Positions 26,101 to 34,633 of a DNA stretch of 64,000 bases are shown piece by piece. Made by a program: the position numbers and the translations under genes. Where the stretch lies: the IMG/VR virus record IMGVR_UViG_3300045988_179760, one strand, 5' to 3'. Below the pieces are notes generated by a model. The model saw only the letters and a program-made list of their open reading frames with translations, made no database searches and was not told where the DNA came from. Within the stretch, counting starts at the first letter, position 1. Each line of letters opens with the position of its first letter. Source of the DNA: a virus.

Positions 26101-28519
26101 CACCATTCGCAGGAAGCAGTAGCATGCTATCCATGGTGCCGGTATGGCCGTCGCCCTTGCCGTACACGTTGAACTCCCAAGTAAGCGGGTCGCCGATTTC
26201 AGCCTTTGTGGTCTTCACACGCATGATGCCACTGTTGGTTTCCGCATTGGAGACAGGGAATGGGACGCTGGGCGTATTGCTTTTGATGGTTTGGGCTTGC
26301 AATGCGCCGTTCTCGTCAACGTCCACGCTCATATTCGCACTGGCGGTGACAGTCCCGGTGGCGAGATTGGATACGATGCCACTGAAATGCAGGTCAGGCA
26401 AAGTGGCCGACCCCATACGGTCTACTTCAGGCGTGACTTTGCCGGAACGTGGCGTGAACACGAGATTATTCCCGTCCACTTTCATCTGCCAGAACGAATC
26501 ATCACAGGTCGGATTGTACAAGCCTTTCGGTTTCGGCACCGTGATGGTCGGCGTCATGCTCGTATTGGACAGGAGAATGGTGCGCAACTGTTCCGTGACC
26601 GTATAATCCACTCGCATGCCGGGAGTCAAATCGACTGCGCTTCCGGACGGGTGATTGGAACTGTTGTTCGCATACACTTGATTGCCTTCACCATCGTAGG
26701 CTTTCAGACTGATGTCGATACTGGTGGTCGGGTCTACCGGCTTGGCAATCCACACCCAATTGGTGACGCTCGCCTTATCGTCTTCGGTAAGCCATGCGGT
26801 CAGCGTATCCAAAGCTTCCACATTGCCTTTGGACACGTCGGCTATGGCGAGCGTGTTGAACGTGACCTGAACGTTCGGCGCACCCTTTCCCAAAGTCAAA
26901 GTGTCGGGGTTGAACGTCACCCGAATCTTCTTGACGTTCGGAGCGTCCGTGTCGGATGGTTCCCCGTCATGCCAATTGTCTCTGCTATCAGCCCATTGAA
27001 CTTTGTAGTCGGAAACCGGAGCGCCGTTCTGGGTGACTTCCAAGCTTCCATCCCACCGCATGCGCGTATTATCCCACTCGTCCTGCATGGTCGGCGTAGT
27101 GTTTTTAAGCTTGTCCGCCGTAACGTTCGCCGCATACATTTCCAAAATGGTTTTGACTTGCGTTCTACGGGACACGGTGTCGCCGGAACCGTCGGAATAG
27201 TAATGGTAGATGTCAGCTTTGCCTTCGGCGGCGTCGAACGTCAGATTCTCCTTGTCGAACATGGTCTTGGACGCAGTGTTAGGACGTTGCAGTCCTTTGC
27301 CGAACAGTGGAATCTTGCCAGCTGGAGTCGGCTTGAGCCGTTGGATGATGGCTCGTGACCAGTCATTGTTCGCATACGGGTAGCCTACGCGGGCACCCGT
27401 ATCCTTGTCGTAGGTGCTCTTGTCCCGTCCAATGTTCCAGCCGGGTTCGCCGCCCTTGCCCATGTTCAACAGTGCGTCGCCGTTATCGTCTTTGACACTG
27501 AACACGGTTTCGTCGGGAACAAGGTGGACATCGTAATATTTGACGTCTCCTTCTTTCATGTTTTTGAGCGCGTCGGTTCCGGCGGGAATCCTGTAGCTGA
27601 TTGTCGCCGCCGCACCGTTCTTGCCACTGGATACGGTCAAATACTGTTCTTTATCACTGTTACGGGTAATCCGCTGACCGCCTACAGTCCACACGGTGCC
27701 CTGCGGGAAGTCGGAAATATCCACTTTGGTTGTCCAATCGATGCTGGTGGACGCGCCCTTCGTGGACGAATAACCCGGATAGGTCAACGCGTCGGCACGA
27801 ATAGTGAAATCGCCGGTCGCGTCGGTGTTCTGACTCCAATAAGTACGATGCTCATACGAGTATTGGCCTTTCACCGGATTGCCGCCATTGTCAATGACCA
27901 AGTCAGCCGCCGGAGCGGATACTACAGTCAACTCATCCGTACGATACGTGGTTGACGTTCCACCTTCGCGGGCGACGACGATTTTCGGAATCTGACCCGG
28001 CTTGACCAAGCCTCCCGTGTCTTTTGCTTTCAGATAGAAGGTTTGGGTCATGGTTTCCACGCCACCGGCTGGAACCGTGTAGGAGCAGGAGCCGTCACTG
28101 TTTTTCTTCGCGGTGACGAGTTGTCCCGGCTGGCAGAAGCCACCACCATCAACAGTCTGCAAATACGGCGCGTCGTCCAAGTCGAACTTCACGTTGATGG
28201 TACGCTTGCCCGCCGCGTTGAAGTTCAACGTCAATGAATATTCGACCGTATCACCGGATGCGACCACGCCATCGGTAGGGGAATCATCGCCCGTGGCGAA
28301 CCCGTTCTTCGAATTCACGAACGTTTGCGAACTCGTGCCATGCCCCGTACCGTCGGCTTTCTTAACGATTTTCGCAGTAGCATACGCAGGTTTCAACTCG
28401 TCCGCATGCGCTTTTGGAGAGGCTACCGGATTGGTCATGCATGTCAGGCCGGATGCCAGTGTGGCGATTGCGGCCAATAATGCTACCGGATGTGCCACAT
28501 GCTTTTTGAGAATACTCAT
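23129..28519 (-). CDS. giant (1796 aa) sortase-anchored adhesin / putative pilus tip protein with RCC1-like beta-propeller repeats and Cna-B/SdrD-type domains
   Basis: Signal peptide. RCC1 repeats (GNNQYGQLGF..., GWNGKGQLGTGDTD..., GWNGDGQLANG). Cna-B-like domain (DKDGYYEFNLLHSGTYR, DKDGKYKFEHL). C-terminal sorting signal MPHTG followed by a TM segment and RKEDRK. Confidence 0.85.
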   Translation of the reverse strand: MSILKKHVAHPVALLAAIATLASGLTCMTNPVASPKAHADELKPAYATAKIVKKADGTGHGTSSQTFVNSKNGFATGDDSPTDGVVASGDTVEYSLTLNFNAAGKRTINVKFDLDDAPYLQTVDGGGFCQPGQLVTAKKNSDGSCSYTVPAGGVETMTQTFYLKAKDTGGLVKPGQIPKIVVAREGGTSTTYRTDELTVVSAPAADLVIDNGGNPVKGQYSYEHRTYWSQNTDATGDFTIRADALTYPGYSSTKGASTSIDWTTKVDISDFPQGTVWTVGGQRITRNSDKEQYLTVSSGKNGAAATISYRIPAGTDALKNMKEGDVKYYDVHLVPDETVFSVKDDNGDALLNMGKGGEPGWNIGRDKSTYDKDTGARVGYPYANNDWSRAIIQRLKPTPAGKIPLFGKGLQRPNTASKTMFDKENLTFDAAEGKADIYHYYSDGSGDTVSRRTQVKTILEMYAANVTADKLKNTTPTMQDEWDNTRMRWDGSLEVTQNGAPVSDYKVQWADSRDNWHDGEPSDTDAPNVKKIRVTFNPDTLTLGKGAPNVQVTFNTLAIADVSKGNVEALDTLTAWLTEDDKASVTNWVWIAKPVDPTTSIDISLKAYDGEGNQVYANNSSNHPSGSAVDLTPGMRVDYTVTEQLRTILLSNTSMTPTITVPKPKGLYNPTCDDSFWQMKVDGNNLVFTPRSGKVTPEVDRMGSATLPDLHFSGIVSNLATGTVTASANMSVDVDENGALQAQTIKSNTPSVPFPVSNAETNSGIMRVKTTKAEIGDPLTWEFNVYGKGDGHTGTMDSMLLLPANGDEKYVQDKLVEYERGYSNYHGSYELTQPVTVNMDNSTSTTVYYSTTTGKKSDNPADYEWKTWDELSATEKKNITAIRLTSTVVASDDKLSYSAVNGTITLTPSDNVKDDKYTLWLGRNYYSDASDKPAGNQPWPDVAKVVAGSISGAVWWDKDENTLIGDNEEHIEGVEVTLGKQDSSGGWQTVKTVKTDKDGYYEFNLLHSGTYRTSVKRNTGTSTGDGVQTQVKTYYNKLENVTNTRSWSNKIKSNAKDTSDDIHLGIGADQKNVDYGYAKPDPKATVDKTVTGTSCTDTKCVINWDVKVQNSGTSRFDTSSVVSDRMSADVHDVSATAGTVSIESGGAKQVATSGDHKFVLTNEGLLYAWGNNQYGQLGFKPDTTNTATPTNVNKPTIVNGSWLKVAAGGKHSAAISTDGHLYTTGWNGKGQLGTGDTDNRDQWTLVAEDKTFVDVACGNQFTVAIASDGTLWVVGKVSSTSYSTWTQIQSGKTFTQVSASTYRWVALTSYGGCVVDGDEFFSIGFTQVVASFGNAYGLTDAGTVIVLVGGGDSGIDQSNVSNLRYITRIGGGYNTFYAIDKNQHLWAAGWNGDGQLANGKTGTGRYWTNGSTSGNADIVSTPIDTGITASDVAGGDRDVLIVGKQVMIAGFDPYGDGKTGGARSTGLKGMVVSSDPTAVPVEPLSESTEKGLTTRTYNLPYGIEPGGYVIYHFTGTVDRDTTDTTKWTDEQISTWVKEHTKTILNQAWFDSEHTPYSGTPHANGKTTPDNPDASKLDSNTSDVTGNMTCRTDSDYAEDGRQHWFSTGDEDSCDQVGTTITPTASAKKLGTISGLYWEDTDKDGVRSDSESKRFANQTVILYDKDGKQVASTKTDKDGKYKFEHLDADGDQYTIQFSRVTHQEFTKPDANDMDIPNDASSTDSDANTSDDKYGESTFTIILTQDKPDKENVDAGVLPETWMMSMPHTGMGLLLPILILVSILGLVTAIILLRKEDRK

Positions 28520-29424
28520 TAGTGTTCCTTCTTTGCGTGGTTTTTTCTACGGATGATGAGAATGGTGATGATGATTACCGCAAGCCAGAAGCCGCCGACG
28601 TACAGCATGAGCCATTGGTTCGTGTGGTCTTTCGGCGCGTTTTCGGGTTTGGGTGCGGGGTGCGGCATGCTGGCGCGCGTGCCGGTCACCAAGAGTCGCT
28701 TGTTGTTGATGCCGTATGGCGTGCAGGTCAATAGTGTGGAGAGGTCTTTTCCGGTGACGATTTTCAGTTTAGAAAAGTCGGATGGGTCTACCACGCTAAT
28801 ATCCGTGACCTTGTAGGCGAGCGTATGTCCGGCGGTTATCAGATAGAAGACGTCTCCCTTTTTGGCTTCACTGCCGAAGCCTCGCAGCTTGTCGAACATG
28901 AGCTGGTCGGCCAAACCCGTGTGCGCGGATATGACAGTATGCGTGTTCTTGCCGCCGACGGGGAGACTGGAACCGTATAAGTGTCCGGCTCCAGCGGCCA
29001 ACACGTTTTGCGACGTGCCATGCCGGATGGGCAGGTTGATGCCCAAGCGTGGATATTTGACGGTAGCCATGACCCCATCCTTGGGGGTGGATAGTTGCTT
29101 CCGATACGTGTTGTCCGTTTCGGACTTGTTGACGCCCGTCCAAGGGTCTTCCGCCTCACCAAGAATGGGTTGGCCTTCCTCGTATAGGCGTTGATTGTAG
29201 GCTTGCGCGTCCGCATACTCTTGGGCGATTCGTTTCACGTCGGTGTTTTCCACGGCTTGCGTGTGGGAGTCGGTCAACCGGTTGGATTGGCTGCTGTTCG
29301 AAATCATGAGAATGAATGGGATGGTTCCGGACAGGGCGGATAGGATTAGGCAGAGAAGTCCCGCTATGGCTCGATTTCCCAAGCCTTTCGGTTTCGCCGT
29401 ATGTTTTCCCAAAACCCCTCCCAT
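28519..29424 (-). CDS. srtC: class C (pilus-polymerising) sortase
   Basis: Catalytic region ...HTGLAD... and TLLTCTPYG. N- and C-terminal TM anchors. Confidence 0.85.
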   Translation of the reverse strand: MGGVLGKHTAKPKGLGNRAIAGLLCLILSALSGTIPFILMISNSSQSNRLTDSHTQAVENTDVKRIAQEYADAQAYNQRLYEEGQPILGEAEDPWTGVNKSETDNTYRKQLSTPKDGVMATVKYPRLGINLPIRHGTSQNVLAAGAGHLYGSSLPVGGKNTHTVISAHTGLADQLMFDKLRGFGSEAKKGDVFYLITAGHTLAYKVTDISVVDPSDFSKLKIVTGKDLSTLLTCTPYGINNKRLLVTGTRASMPHPAPKPENAPKDHTNQWLMLYVGGFWLAVIIITILIIRRKNHAKKEH

Positions 29425-29559
29425 GCGGTTATAAAGAATCTAAAAGGTGGCGTGTCGATATTTGGGTTCCCGACACGCCAAGCGGAACATTTCATGCTTT
29501 TCCAACCGTCAAACGGTCAGAAAAGTTTTCTCATACGGCAGTATTCCAATCTTCCAATC

Positions 29560-31278
29560 TCACGCTTTGCGACGAAGCAGCAGGGCGGAAGCGCCAGCCA
29601 ACAGGACGGTCATCACGCCGAAGATGGACAGCCAGACCGCACCGGTCTTCGGCATGTCAGCGATGTTGCGGGCGTTGATGACGGTCACTCCATCGTCACT
29701 GCTCTTGGAGGCCAGCTTGTTCGAATCTTGTCCGAATGCGGTGAGGGACGAAGTGCTGGTGTTATGGTCTGTGGACTGGGCCACGCCAACGGTCAGAGTG
29801 AACTCCGGCAGAATGCTGCCGCCGAACGGACTCTTGGTTTCAGTCACCGTGTAGGCACCGTACATGCCCTTCAAGGTGATGACGCCATTTTTCTCATCGG
29901 TGGTGGTGATGTCGGCGCTTGCGGTAGCGGCCTCAGTCGAGTCGGCAACACGATACTCGTTATTGCCCACCTTGACGAACTTGACGGGAGTGTTCTTGGC
30001 ATCCTTGATGTTGAACACGGCACCCGCGAGAGGAACGTTGTTCGTATCGGTCTTGGTCAGAGTGAACTTGCCGACGTACACGTAAGTGGTGTCGCCCGGA
30101 GTCTTCTGATGGTCGGTGACGGTGTTCGGATTGTGGGAGTATTCGACCTCGCTCGTGTTGGTGTCAACACCGTCCACGTGGGCGTTCTTGTTCACGGTCA
30201 TGTCATAAGTGACAAGCACTTTCGCACCGACCGGGAACGTGGTCTTGGCGGCGATGATGTCGGAAGAATTGTCAGCGGTCGGGGCGAACAGGATATGGAA
30301 CTTGCCTGTCTCGTTCGTCACCTTGTAATCCTTGCCAGCAGTCAAAGCCTTACCACCGACAGTGACTTTCACACTATCCGCGTTGAACGTCAGACCATCC
30401 GAATACGTATCGTTGAGCGCATAATAGTAGTGGTCGTAGCCAGTCCAAACAGGCACCCAGCTGGTCATCTTGAAAGAGACCTTCTTGCCGATGGAGGTCT
30501 TGGCTACCGCATATTCGCCACTAGACTCTTCCCTCTCAAGTTTGATTTCCTCTTCCTTGACACCATCCTCAACACCGGTGATAGCCTTCCTGACTGCGGT
30601 GTCACTCACCTTATAGTCCACGGTGCCCAGCGTGTAGGTCTTGGCGCCGTTCTTCAACGCCAACGTGGTCTTGCCGTCGATGCCGGTGCCGTTGAACATG
30701 ACGATGGACGCCTGACCGGTCTTGGTGGTGTCCACGACCGCGTACACGCCCGGACGGACGGATGCGGTCATATGCTTGACGTCGGCGCCCTTGGCGAACG
30801 CGGTGCCCTTGTCGCCGGTGACGGCGGCCTCGTTCTTCAACTGGTCGATGAAGTCACGAAGCTTGCCAGCCCACGGACTGTACTCGGAATCAAGGAGATT
30901 CTGCACGACCCACACCATCGGATTGGACGCATTATAGTCGTATCCGGCAGTCTGGTCTTTCTTGGACTTAGTGTCAATATTGGCTTTAGTCAATGCGTCA
31001 GCAATAGCAGAAGCCTTACCGGCGTCAATCAGGTCAAAGCCGGTAATATTAGTGCCATCAGTCTGCGCATACGAATAGTAGGCGAGCGGCACAGCCTTCA
31101 ACGTGCGATTGCTAATATCACCATTAGCAGCGACGGTCAACGTCTGACGAGCAGCCGCACCAAGCTTGGATGCGTCAACACGAGTATCAGCCGCCATGGC
31201 GGAGCCGACTCCAGCCAAACCCATGGCACCGGCCACAAGCGTGGCGACCGTTGCCTTCAACAGGTTTTGGTTTTTCAC
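29560..31278 (-). CDS. major pilin subunit (SpaA/FimA-like) with sorting signal
   Basis: Signal peptide. Isopeptide-domain-like YTLGTVDYKV and KFVKVGNNEYRV motifs. C-terminal MPKTG followed by a TM segment and RRKA. Confidence 0.75.
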   Translation of the reverse strand: MKNQNLLKATVATLVAGAMGLAGVGSAMAADTRVDASKLGAAARQTLTVAANGDISNRTLKAVPLAYYSYAQTDGTNITGFDLIDAGKASAIADALTKANIDTKSKKDQTAGYDYNASNPMVWVVQNLLDSEYSPWAGKLRDFIDQLKNEAAVTGDKGTAFAKGADVKHMTASVRPGVYAVVDTTKTGQASIVMFNGTGIDGKTTLALKNGAKTYTLGTVDYKVSDTAVRKAITGVEDGVKEEEIKLEREESSGEYAVAKTSIGKKVSFKMTSWVPVWTGYDHYYYALNDTYSDGLTFNADSVKVTVGGKALTAGKDYKVTNETGKFHILFAPTADNSSDIIAAKTTFPVGAKVLVTYDMTVNKNAHVDGVDTNTSEVEYSHNPNTVTDHQKTPGDTTYVYVGKFTLTKTDTNNVPLAGAVFNIKDAKNTPVKFVKVGNNEYRVADSTEAATASADITTTDEKNGVITLKGMYGAYTVTETKSPFGGSILPEFTLTVGVAQSTDHNTSTSSLTAFGQDSNKLASKSSDDGVTVINARNIADMPKTGAVWLSIFGVMTVLLAGASALLLRRKA

Positions 31279-31457
31279 CTTTGTTTTCCTTTCCTTACTA
31301 GACCCGGCGCGCGTTCATTCATCGAACGGGGTCAATATCGGATTACATTCCTAATATACCGCACGCACCCTCATTAAAAACCTTGAAAGAACGCTTTCAG
31401 CCCTTAAAAATAAGGAGGGCATGGCTTCCCATACCCTCCAACATGCCCCTGAACAGG

Positions 31458-32854
31458 TTAGTTTCCGGACTGTTCGGAAACTTTCCCACCTAGTGCGGAA
31501 CCGGCGGCATGACCGGCCACCATACTGTTCAGCAAAGCTTTCAAATCGATGCCCAAGGATTGCGACAAGCCTTCGCTCAACTGGCTCACACTGTTCACCG
31601 TGTCGCCCACGAGCTTCGTGCTGTTTCCGTCGCCGTACATGGTGATGTGGTCAACCTTGGTGAGCGGTTCGGCGGCGGCTCGAACCATGTCGGGGAGAAT
31701 CTGAATATACTGTTGGGCGAGGATGTACGTGTTGTTCATCGCATTGTAGGCTCGGCCTTGGGCGCGGATTGCCTCGGCTTCGCCCACACCCTTCGCCTGT
31801 GCGGCGGAACCCTCGGCCTTGCCTTTGACTTCGGTCGCGTGTGCGTCCGCGTCGGCGGTGGATTGGGTGGCCTGAGCCTCCTGCTGGCGTAGATACAGTT
31901 CCGCATCCGCATGCTTGCGGGTCGTGTACATCTGCGCGTCGGCCTGCTGTTCGGCGGCGTATCTGTCGGCGTCGGCCTTCTTGCGGATGGTCGCGTTCAG
32001 TTTCTGCTCTTCGATTTCGGCGTTCTTCTGTTCGAGGACTGCCTTCTTTTCGGCGGCGGCGATTTCCGCCTCCTGCTCCTTGACCTTGAGAGTCTTGGAC
32101 TGTTCGGCGGCGGTGATGCCCTTCACCGCGTCGGCCTCGGCCTGCGCCTTGTCGGAGATGGATTGGAGTTCGGCTCGTTTCAGGTCGAGCTGGTTCTGAC
32201 GGACGGCCACGTCCTGTTCCGCGTTGATGGACGCGAGCTTCGCATTCCGGCTGATTTCGGCGGCCATTTCAGTGCCCATGTTGGCGATGACGTTCTGACG
32301 GTCGGTGAAGTCTTGAATGTTGAACGTGGTCAATTGAAGGCCAAGCCGTTCCATGTCCACACGGGCGGATTCGGCCACGGTCGCGGCGAACGTGTCCCTG
32401 TTCTCCATGAGCTCCTTCAACTCGGTCTTGCCGATGACCTCGCGCAGCTTGCCCAAGAGCACCTGCGTCACGTCCTTCTCCATTCGCTCCTTGGACTGGT
32501 CAGATAGTTCTTGGCGGCGTTCTCCAACGCCTTCACCTGTTTACCGTTCTCGTCCACGGTCATGGTCTCGGACGCTATCTGGAAGTTCGCGACGGCGTTC
32601 ACGTCGATGAGGATTGCGTCCTTCGTCGGAATCGGCGTGTCGGTTCTCAGGAGCGACTGCACCGCTCCGAGGGAGAGCCAGTCCACGCGCATGATGAACG
32701 GTATGATGAACGCGCTTCCGCCGGAAACGAAGCGTCGTCCACCCGGCCCGGTGATGACCATTACCCGGTCGGCGGGGCAGACCTTGTAGCTTGCGGTCGC
32801 GAGCAGGATGATGAGTATCGCCACTGCCGCGACGATTATCAATGTTGTTGGCAT
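31458..32854 (-). pseudogene. flotillin (SPFH/band-7, FloT-like) gene interrupted by a single-base frameshift near 32468-32483
   Basis: ORFs 32468..32854 (N-terminal SPFH half, ending ...AKNYL) and 31458..32483 (continuation SKERMEKDVTQVLLGKLREV...) are consecutive parts of one flotillin. The 16-nt overlap around ccagtcc indicates a +/-1 indel. Confidence 0.6.
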
Positions 32855-32904
32855 TGACTTTTCCTTTCTTTTTTGTGGGCGTACCCACTATGACAGAACT
32901 TGTT

Positions 32905-34245
32905 TCAGAACTCGTTTTCGAAGTCTGCGGCCATGTCCGCGAATTTGGAGCATTCGCCCATGAACGCGAGATTGAACGTTTCGGTAGGCCCGTTGCGATG
33001 TTTGGCGAGAATCACGTCGGCTTCGCCCGGACGTTCCTCACGGTCGTAGTATTCGGGACGATGCACAAGAAACACCATGTCGGCGTCCTGTTCGATGGAA
33101 CCGGACTCTCGCAGGTCGGACAGTTCCGGTCTTTTGTCGGCGCGTTGTTCCGCATTACGGTTCAACTGGGAGAGCACGACCACGGGGCATTGCAGTTCCT
33201 TGGCGAGCATTTTGCATTGGCGGGAGAAGTTCGATACTTCCTGCTGACGGTTCTCGACGGTTTTACCGGAGGACATGAGTTGCAGATAATCGATGACGAT
33301 AAGCTTCAACCCGTTGACCTTGCGGCTGAGAGCACGGCATTTCGCACGGATGGTGCTCATGTTGATGATGGCGGAATCATCAACCCACAATGGTGCCTTC
33401 TCGACCTGATGGCAAAGCGCGTTGAGTTTGTTCCAATCATTCGAGTTCAGATTCTCGGGATGTTGGAACGATGCGAGACGGATGCCTGTTTCGGCTGCGA
33501 ACATGCGTTGCATGAGTTCGTGACCGCCCATTTCCAGACTGAAAATCACAGTCGGCAGACCCTTGTGCAGTGCGGCGTTACGCGCGAAATCCATGCCGAG
33601 AGTACTCTTGCCCATGCCCGGACGGCCCGCGACTATGACCATTTGTCCGGCTTGCAATCCGTGCGTCAACGCGTCGATGTCACGGAAGCCGGTGGGTGTT
33701 CCGAACTCGTTCGGATTCTGTGACATTTCATCCAACTGTTGGAGCATTTCGTCGGACAGGCGGTATGCGGTCTTCAACTCGTCGTCTTCGGAACGGCTTG
33801 AATCCTCCAACGAGAACGCGGCCTCCAACGATTTGCTGAGCACGTCTTCGGCTGACGCGTCGGATACGTTGCTCATCTGTTGCAACTGCTGTCCGACCAC
33901 GTTGATGTGGCGGAGGATGGCCGCGTCACGAATCTGCTTGATGAAATAGTCACTGTTGTTCGACGTGGGCGCGGAGCCGACAAGCTGGGCGATGTAGTCG
34001 ATGCCGCCAACCTGTTCCAACTGTCCGTTGTCCATCATGTGCGAGGACAGCATTTGCGCGTCCACACGGTTATTGTCTGCGGCCAGTTCCTTTATATTAT
34101 GGAAGATGGTCTGGTTGGTCGGCTGGTAGAAGTCCTCTTCGGAAAGTTGGCTGATGACCTTGTCCAACGTTTCCGCGTCTTGAAGCATGGCCCCCAACAA
34201 CACTTGTTCGGCCATGTCCTTGTGGATTGGTGTGGGGACGCTCAC
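32905..34245 (-). CDS. dnaB: DnaB-family replicative DNA helicase
   Basis: Walker A VIVAGRPGMGKSTLGMD, Walker B LIVIDYLQLM, 446 aa. Confidence 0.85.
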   Translation of the reverse strand: MSVPTPIHKDMAEQVLLGAMLQDAETLDKVISQLSEEDFYQPTNQTIFHNIKELAADNNRVDAQMLSSHMMDNGQLEQVGGIDYIAQLVGSAPTSNNSDYFIKQIRDAAILRHINVVGQQLQQMSNVSDASAEDVLSKSLEAAFSLEDSSRSEDDELKTAYRLSDEMLQQLDEMSQNPNEFGTPTGFRDIDALTHGLQAGQMVIVAGRPGMGKSTLGMDFARNAALHKGLPTVIFSLEMGGHELMQRMFAAETGIRLASFQHPENLNSNDWNKLNALCHQVEKAPLWVDDSAIINMSTIRAKCRALSRKVNGLKLIVIDYLQLMSSGKTVENRQQEVSNFSRQCKMLAKELQCPVVVLSQLNRNAEQRADKRPELSDLRESGSIEQDADMVFLVHRPEYYDREERPGEADVILAKHRNGPTETFNLAFMGECSKFADMAADFENEF

Positions 34246-34607
34246 TTGTCGCCGTTCTCCTTCTTGTCAGGATTGGTTTGCTTGTTGTTCAACGTCTCAT
34301 ATAGGCGGTGTTCCGCTTGCCAACGTCTGATACGGGTTTTGCTGGGATGGTTGACCCACCGGTATATGCAACGTTCTATGCGCTTGTATCCGAGGACTTC
34401 CGGTCCGAGATTGTGACTGCGGAATATCTCCGAGGGACGTTCCCCTTGCAGATATCGGAGGGTCACTTCGTCTTGGAATTGGGTGGTGAAGATTACCCAC
34501 CATCCGTGCTTGTTTTTCAAGACGTTGACGACTTCCGGTCGTCTTCCCAAGGCCAAAGCCTCGTCTGCGGTCAGAAGCTTCGCCGGGGATGTGTTCGGTT
34601 TTTCGAC
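34242..34607 (-). CDS. hypothetical protein (start uncertain)
   Basis: ORF 34242..34712 overlaps the upstream gene by 79 nt. The internal Met MVEKPNTSP is the probable start. Confidence 0.4.
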   Translation of the reverse strand, partial: VEKPNTSPAKLLTADEALALGRRPEVVNVLKNKHGWWVIFTTQFQDEVTLRYLQGERPSEIFRSHNLGPEVLGYKRIERCIYRWVNHPSKTRIRRWQAEHRLYETLNNKQTNPDKKENGDK

Positions 34608-34633
34608 CATGCTTTTGTTCGTCCTTTCCAAGG

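Noticed and set aside
23417-27358. Several 300-400-aa plus-strand ORFs inside the adhesin gene
   Set aside because: Antisense to the 1796-aa adhesin, whose frame is supported end-to-end by a signal peptide, RCC1/Cna-B repeats and a sorting signal.
23129-31278. Second DGR target (VR copy) in the adhesin or pilin genes
   Set aside because: Scanned for the TR core (gaacgctcccaccaat) and AAC-run segments. Only the one VR at 22163-22315 was found by eye. A computational search would be needed to exclude short remnants.
29401-31377. 658-aa plus-strand ORF
   Set aside because: Antisense to the major pilin gene, which has a signal peptide, sorting signal and pilin motifs. Gly/Arg/Val-rich artefact.
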